Both the position numbers and the translations under genes were made by a program. A stretch of DNA of 64,000 nt, from assembly GCA_000092065.1 (NCBI GenBank), contig CP000585.1; one strand, 5' to 3'. Under the pieces are notes generated by a model. That model saw nothing but the letters and a program-made list of their open reading frames with translations, made no database searches and was not told the origin of the DNA. This document shows positions 59,736 through 64,000 of the stretch, piece by piece. This stretch comes from Ostreococcus lucimarinus. Taxonomy: Eukaryota. The stretch's first letter is position 1. Every line of letters begins with the position of its first letter.

Positions 59736-61073
59736 CTATCGCGGCGCGTCGGAGGCGTCCGGGGAGACGACCGTCGCGCGGCGTCGCGAGGTGAGGCGAC
59801 CGCCGTCCGCGCCGGCGATGCCGGTGTTCCAAGCGTCCGTCTCTCTCGGGCCCGTGGAGATGATGCGCGGGGCCTGGCCGGATGGCGTGGCGACGCGCAT
59901 GTTCCCGACAACACGCGCACCGCCGGCGTTGGTGTTATCGACGTGCGGACGACGCGCGCGACGACGATCTCCCATGCCGAAAATGTCGGCGCCGACGAAA
60001 CTTGGACCAGTGTGCATGCGCGGCTGATTTTCAGCTTCGGCGGCCTCGGGGTCGTCCTTGGCGAGGCGCCTTCTGATCAAGTACCCGATCGCCGCGGTGA
60101 TAGAAAGTGCGAGCCATATGGCGATGAGGCCCCAAAGCGATCCGCAGCGAGCGATGGTGGCGAAAGCGCGCTCGCGCACCACGTGCTCGTCCGACGGACG
60201 CGTGTCCTCGTACGTTCCCTTGGTGATGGTTTCCATCGCTCGCTGCACCTTGATAAACATCTCCTTCTTCTTCTGATCGTTCCCAGTCTTATCGGGATGA
60301 TACTTCATGCTTAAGTCTCTGAATCTCTTACGAATTTGAGTCGACGTCGATGTACGACTGACCCCGAGCACGCGAAACGGATCCTCACCCTCCTCGGTTT
60401 CGTATCCCAACAGCGACGCGTATTGCTCGAAATACCACCACAGCTTTTGGTACTCCGGTTTCTTCCGTCGCCGAATTACGCGCTCGAACCAATTCGAATG
60501 AAAATATGCCGCGCCGAATATCAACAGTATGGGCATCACCGCCGCGAACGCTACGAGCCAAATGGCGAGCGACCAAAACGCGTTCGGGCCAAAGTACCAC
60601 CCGCGCACCTCTTGCGCCGTGCTCACCCCTTGATACAGCGTCAACCCGACAAAAAGCTCGCGCACGCCCTCCAAACGCCACACCGTATGCAATATGAACC
60701 CAAGAAACGGCACGATCGGCCACAGGTACGGGTACGTCGCGCATTTGAACACCGGAAGCACGCCGGCGGTGATTATCAAAAAGTATCCCAATCTCGCCCT
60801 TCCCGCGGCGTGTAACCCCCACTGCACGCCCGCCGACACCGCGCCGTAAAATGCGATCGAAACATACGGCACGCGCGCGCGCCGCCACGACTCTGGATGC
60901 ACCTTTCCAGCGCGCACGAGCTTTGGAATCATGATCATTTGCTGGCAAATGCCGAAAAACTCGCGCAGGGACCAACTCAAGATGACGTGCGCGATGCTCG
61001 CGCACACGCCCTCGACGTCGTCGGAGGACATCATGGCGATCATCATGGCGATTCTGAACCATGGCACGCCCAT
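59736..61073 (-). CDS. Multi-pass membrane J-domain protein (DnaJ family, DNAJC25/Sec63-type topology)
   Basis: J domain DPFRVLGVSRTSTSTQIRKRFRDLSMKYHPDKTGNDQKKKEMFIKVQRAMETIT (HPD), flanked by hydrophobic helices (FVGLTLYQGVSTAQEV..., IWLVAFAAVMPILLIFGAAYF, LWGLIAIWLALSITAAIGYLI). Confidence 0.75.
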   Translation of the reverse strand: MGVPWFRIAMMIAMMSSDDVEGVCASIAHVILSWSLREFFGICQQMIMIPKLVRAGKVHPESWRRARVPYVSIAFYGAVSAGVQWGLHAAGRARLGYFLIITAGVLPVFKCATYPYLWPIVPFLGFILHTVWRLEGVRELFVGLTLYQGVSTAQEVRGWYFGPNAFWSLAIWLVAFAAVMPILLIFGAAYFHSNWFERVIRRRKKPEYQKLWWYFEQYASLLGYETEEGEDPFRVLGVSRTSTSTQIRKRFRDLSMKYHPDKTGNDQKKKEMFIKVQRAMETITKGTYEDTRPSDEHVVRERAFATIARCGSLWGLIAIWLALSITAAIGYLIRRRLAKDDPEAAEAENQPRMHTGPSFVGADIFGMGDRRRARRPHVDNTNAGGARVVGNMRVATPSGQAPRIISTGPRETDAWNTGIAGADGGRLTSRRRATVVSPDASDAPR

Positions 61074-61278
61074 GGTGGCGACGGCTCTGGACGACCGCCG
61101 ACCGGTCGTCCACGCCCACCCAGGAGTGAGGTTGTTAGCGGGCGAACGCGCGAACGCCGGGGACGGGCTATTTTAAGCTCTTCACACGCGGTCGCGGATC
61201 GACTCGAGGCGCGCGTGGGTTTGAGAGCGATTTTCGACGCTCGGCGGGTTTGCCTCGAAAGCGCGCGCGCGATCGGTG

Positions 61279-62180
61279 ATGGGGACGGATACATTGGAAA
61301 AGTTGCGCTCGGCGGCGATGGACGAATTGGACGCGTTTGCGGCGCGCGAGCCCGAGAGGGCGTTGGAGTTAAAGGTGCGATCGGTGAACGGTTCACGCGT
61401 GGGATGTGCACACGAATGGGAGCACGTGTCGTCACGTGTGCGTGAGACTGAATGACGCGTTTGTCGTGATTGCGTTAGAAACTTTGCGAAGACGCAGAGG
61501 CGAGGCGCGGTCAAATGCGCCGACTCAGAACTCGACTCGAGCAAGTCGCCGATTTTGAACGTGAGACCGCGGCGCAGACGCGAGAAAGCATCGATGCGTT
61601 GGAAGCACGCATACGCACGTTAGAAGATCTCGTGCGTGCGCGAGACGCGGCCGTACGGGAAAGCGAACAGGCGAGGCTGACGTTGCTCGAGAAGACGAAA
61701 CGCCTTCAAGCCGAAGCGTCGACGCGAGCGGACGATCTTGAACTCAACGTGCAACGCGCGAAGCGAATGGAGGAAACAGTTGCGCTATTGACGAGTAAGG
61801 TAGCCGATCTCGAGCGCGTGCGCTTGGAAAACACCGAGCTTTACGGTGAGTTGGATGAAAATAAACGCGCCGCCGTCGCGCTCGAACGACAGGTGGACTT
61901 GTACAGAGAAACCGCGCGAGCCGCGGAGAGCCGGCAACTCACCGCCGAACTCGCGGCGGCAAAGAGCGAAGCGCTATTGAAGCAATACCTCTCCTCTCCA
62001 GCGGGCGAAGACCGTTTACGTCTCGAAAATCGCATCGGCGCGTTGCAAGAAAAGATTCGAGACTTGTCCACGAAGGAATCCCGCCTCGCCGAGCGCTTTC
62101 GCACGGTGCTCACCGACGAGCTCGCGAGCACTCGACACGCGCTCGCACTCGAAAAGCTTCGCACGACTAGCACTTTTTAA
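61279..62180 (+). CDS. Hypothetical coiled-coil protein, 2 exons
   Basis: Exon 1 61279..61374 (MGTDTLEKLRSAAMDELDAFAAREPERALELK), donor AAG|GTGCGATCGG, acceptor CGTTAG|, exon 2 61479..62180. Both exons are in phase 0. The joined protein continues ...KLCEDAEARRGQMRRLRTRLEQVADFERETAAQ... with long heptad-periodic helices. An in-frame TAG lies immediately upstream of the acceptor, which supports splicing rather than read-through. Confidence 0.5.
61375..61478 (+). other. Spliceosomal intron (104 nt) of the coiled-coil gene
   Basis: GTGCGATCGG...GTGAGACTGAATGACG...TTGCGTTAG; same donor consensus as the other introns. Confidence 0.5.
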
Positions 62181-62322
62181 TTTAACCCTATGAGCGTGGC
62201 GCGCATGGCGCGATTCAGTTAAAATACTACTAAGCCGCCGTCGTCTCGCTAAGCGCTCTCGTCGCTACGCGTCCGATCGCCCCGCTCGCTCGATCTCGAC
62301 GCCCCCAAAGACTAATACAAAC

Positions 62323-62775
62323 TCAATTAATCTCTAAGCTCGGCGCGCTCGCGCTCTGCGCTTGCAGCGCGTTCACCTTGCGCAGACTATCCGCCACCGC
62401 TTCCTCGGGCGACTCGTAGCTCTGAAAATCCACCTCCACCGCGCCCTCGTTGTACGTGGACGTCGCGTAAAATCCCGCCCCCGCGGCGACGATCCCGATC
62501 ACCAGCAGCGCGTACTGCGCCGCGTTTCCGAGCCCCTCGAAGCTTTCGCTCTCCCACGGGTCGTCGACGAGCATTTCCGGCGGGAGCGATCGCTGTTTGT
62601 CAGCGCTGAGCGGGGTGGGGACGTCGTCTTGCGTCGAGGATTGCGACGTCGCGCGACCGCCTTCGGAGATGATCTTCGGCGTGACGCTCGATCGTTTCTT
62701 TGCCGAGCACTTCACGGCGGTGCGCGCGCGCGCGACGGGGGCGCTCGTGGACGCGAGGGCGACGAGCGTGGTCAT
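62323..62775 (-). CDS. Hypothetical small plastid-targeted protein with a single C-terminal-half TM helix
   Basis: ATG 62775: MTTLVALASTSAPVARARTAVKCSAKK (transit-peptide-like), then an acidic region and one TM (AAQYALLVIGIVAAGAGFYATS). Its size and topology resemble small thylakoid-complex subunits; no family recognised. Confidence 0.4.
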   Translation of the reverse strand: MTTLVALASTSAPVARARTAVKCSAKKRSSVTPKIISEGGRATSQSSTQDDVPTPLSADKQRSLPPEMLVDDPWESESFEGLGNAAQYALLVIGIVAAGAGFYATSTYNEGAVEVDFQSYESPEEAVADSLRKVNALQAQSASAPSLEIN

Positions 62776-62881
62776 CGCGCGAGGCGCGGTGTGCGGATAA
62801 GCGCGTCGTAGCGGCGAGCGAGCGGTGCGTTACGACGACGACGCGAACGATGAATCGCGCTCTGAAGATGATGACTGTATA

Positions 62882-64000
62882 TTACTTCGCGGATGTCTTG
62901 CGCTTGCGGGCGGGCTTGCGCTTGCGTTTGGATTTGCCGGTGCCCGCGGGCGCGCGCTTCTTCGGCGGCGCCTTGGCGGCGACGGCGATGGCCCAGTCGT
63001 CGTCGTCTCTGGGGAGTCGACCGGCGCGACGGAGGCAGTTATCGCAGGATTCACCGCAGACTTCGCGAGAAATATGCTCGCCGAGGTACGCGAGCAGAGC
63101 AACGCGGCGGCAGCGCGTGCGATCCTCGAGAAAGTCTTGCACCGCCTCGAGAAGCGGCATGGATTTCTCAAGCCGGCTTCGCTTCGAGACGCCTTTTTGG
63201 GGCATCTTGATGAGTCGCTCGATGCGGCCGATATCGCCACGAGCGTAGAGCACGACACCCTTGGCTGGAAGTCCATCGCGACCGGCGCGCCCGACTTCTT
63301 GATACAAGCCTTCAAGACTTTTTGGCGCGCAATGATGGACAACCCAACGCACGTTTGGCTTGTCGATGCCCATTCCGAAAGCGATTGTGGCGCAGCACAC
63401 GGAGACTTCGCCGCTCATCCATTTATTCTGCACAGCGAGACGTTGTGAATCTGTCATCCCGGCATGATACGCCGCCGCACTCGGACCCGGTGGAAGATGT
63501 TCGCGCTGACGACGCAAGCGTGCGTCATTCAGCGCTTTCGCCACGTTCGCTGTTTCGTCGCGCGAGAGGCAGTACACGATGCCGGCGTTGTTGGGGCCAA
63601 ACTCTTGGGCGATCCAATCGGCAAACTTTTCCAAGTCGTACAAATCTCGTTTAGGCATCACCGTGAATGAAATATTCGGGCGGTTGAAAGTCACGACGAA
63701 AGACTTTGCCGTCTTCGCAATCTTTAATATCTTCATCACGTCGGTGCGAACCGCCATCGTCGCCGTCGCCGTCAACGCCGTGATGGGAACGTTTGGATAA
63801 TTTTTCCGAAGCGAGCCCAAAGCCTTATAATCTGGTCTAAAGTCGTGCCCCCAGGACGACACACAGTGCGCTTCGTCGATGACGAACCGCGTCAACAACC
63901 CATTCCTGTCTAACTGATCCATTATGTCTGCCAGCGTCGAGCTCGATGCGAGTTTTTCTGGGGTCACGTACAGCAATCGAATCGTCGGCTTTCGCTTTCG
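62882..64000 (-). CDS. RECQ: RecQ-family ATP-dependent DNA helicase (partial; N-terminus beyond window end)
   Basis: Helicase motifs II-VI: FVIDEAHCVSSWGHDFRPDY, ITALTATAT, IVYCLSRDETANVAKAL, FGMGIDKPNVRWVVHHCAPKSLEGLYQEVGRAGRDG. RQC zinc motif REVCGESCDNC. The reading frame continues past 64000. Confidence 0.9.
   Translation of the reverse strand, partial: RKRKPTIRLLYVTPEKLASSSTLADIMDQLDRNGLLTRFVIDEAHCVSSWGHDFRPDYKALGSLRKNYPNVPITALTATATMAVRTDVMKILKIAKTAKSFVVTFNRPNISFTVMPKRDLYDLEKFADWIAQEFGPNNAGIVYCLSRDETANVAKALNDARLRRQREHLPPGPSAAAYHAGMTDSQRLAVQNKWMSGEVSVCCATIAFGMGIDKPNVRWVVHHCAPKSLEGLYQEVGRAGRDGLPAKGVVLYARGDIGRIERLIKMPQKGVSKRSRLEKSMPLLEAVQDFLEDRTRCRRVALLAYLGEHISREVCGESCDNCLRRAGRLPRDDDDWAIAVAAKAPPKKRAPAGTGKSKRKRKPARKRKTSAK

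Noticed and set aside
1-64000. A prokaryotic-style novel system (defence island, CRISPR, operon), as the task hinted
   Set aside because: The sequence is eukaryotic: spliceosomal introns, organelle transit peptides, eukaryote-specific proteins (INCENP, CDC5, SMU1, GPN3, TFIIIC5, KDEL-receptor-like) and alternating strands with bidirectional promoters. The tandem repeats are microsatellites, not spacer-repeat arrays. No integrase, transposase, RT or viral hallmark genes were seen.

Overview
This window is compact, GC-rich (about 63-65 % GC) eukaryotic nuclear DNA, not a prokaryotic locus. It reads like a Mamiellophyceae-type green alga (Micromonas/Ostreococcus-like). That placement is inference from strong GC3 codon bias, S/T/R/A-rich green-type plastid transit peptides with no signal-peptide prefix, roughly one gene per 1.3 kb, and short GT-AG introns with GTGCG donors and CTGAC-like branch motifs.

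I can support about 48 protein-coding genes on both strands. Most are single-exon. At least three are spliced, with exon junctions I resolved by hand: DeSI-1, adenylate kinase and a coiled-coil protein. Products include a long-chain acyl-CoA synthetase, a (6-4) photolyase/cryptochrome, two tandem GT90 Rumi/POGLUT-like glycosyltransferases, and an ERdj3-like DnaJ. There is a Got1, a BRCA1/BARD1-like RING-BRCT protein, a stand-alone family-A DNA polymerase, and an aldo-keto reductase. Also present are GPN3, Bud23, SMU1, an ERD2-like receptor, a cytidine deaminase, CYP38, an SR splicing factor and TFIIIC subunit 5. Further genes encode MRPL47, a CN-hydrolase, PWP1, CDC5, an ammonium transporter, INCENP, MetRS and SPO11/TopoVI-A. 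The remainder are a GT25 glycosyltransferase, CENP-X/MHF2, an MsrB-like protein, a POR-like SDR, a HAT-repeat (HCF107/Mbb1-like) protein, a membrane J-protein and RecQ (partial). Family calls come from remembered motifs, not a database search.

I found no rRNA, tRNA, CRISPR array or recognisable transposon. The many long R/A-rich ORFs in the six-frame track are antisense or alternate-frame artefacts of the GC3 bias. Despite the prompt's suggestion, I see no evidence of a novel defence or operon-like system.

The most interesting signals are:
- a mosaic gene-conversion tract between the tandem GT90 paralogs;
- a CENP-X gene hidden under antisense ORFs;
- a local concentration of genome-maintenance and meiosis genes;
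- intergenic spacers of only 33-44 bp between convergent genes;
- a stereotyped intron architecture.
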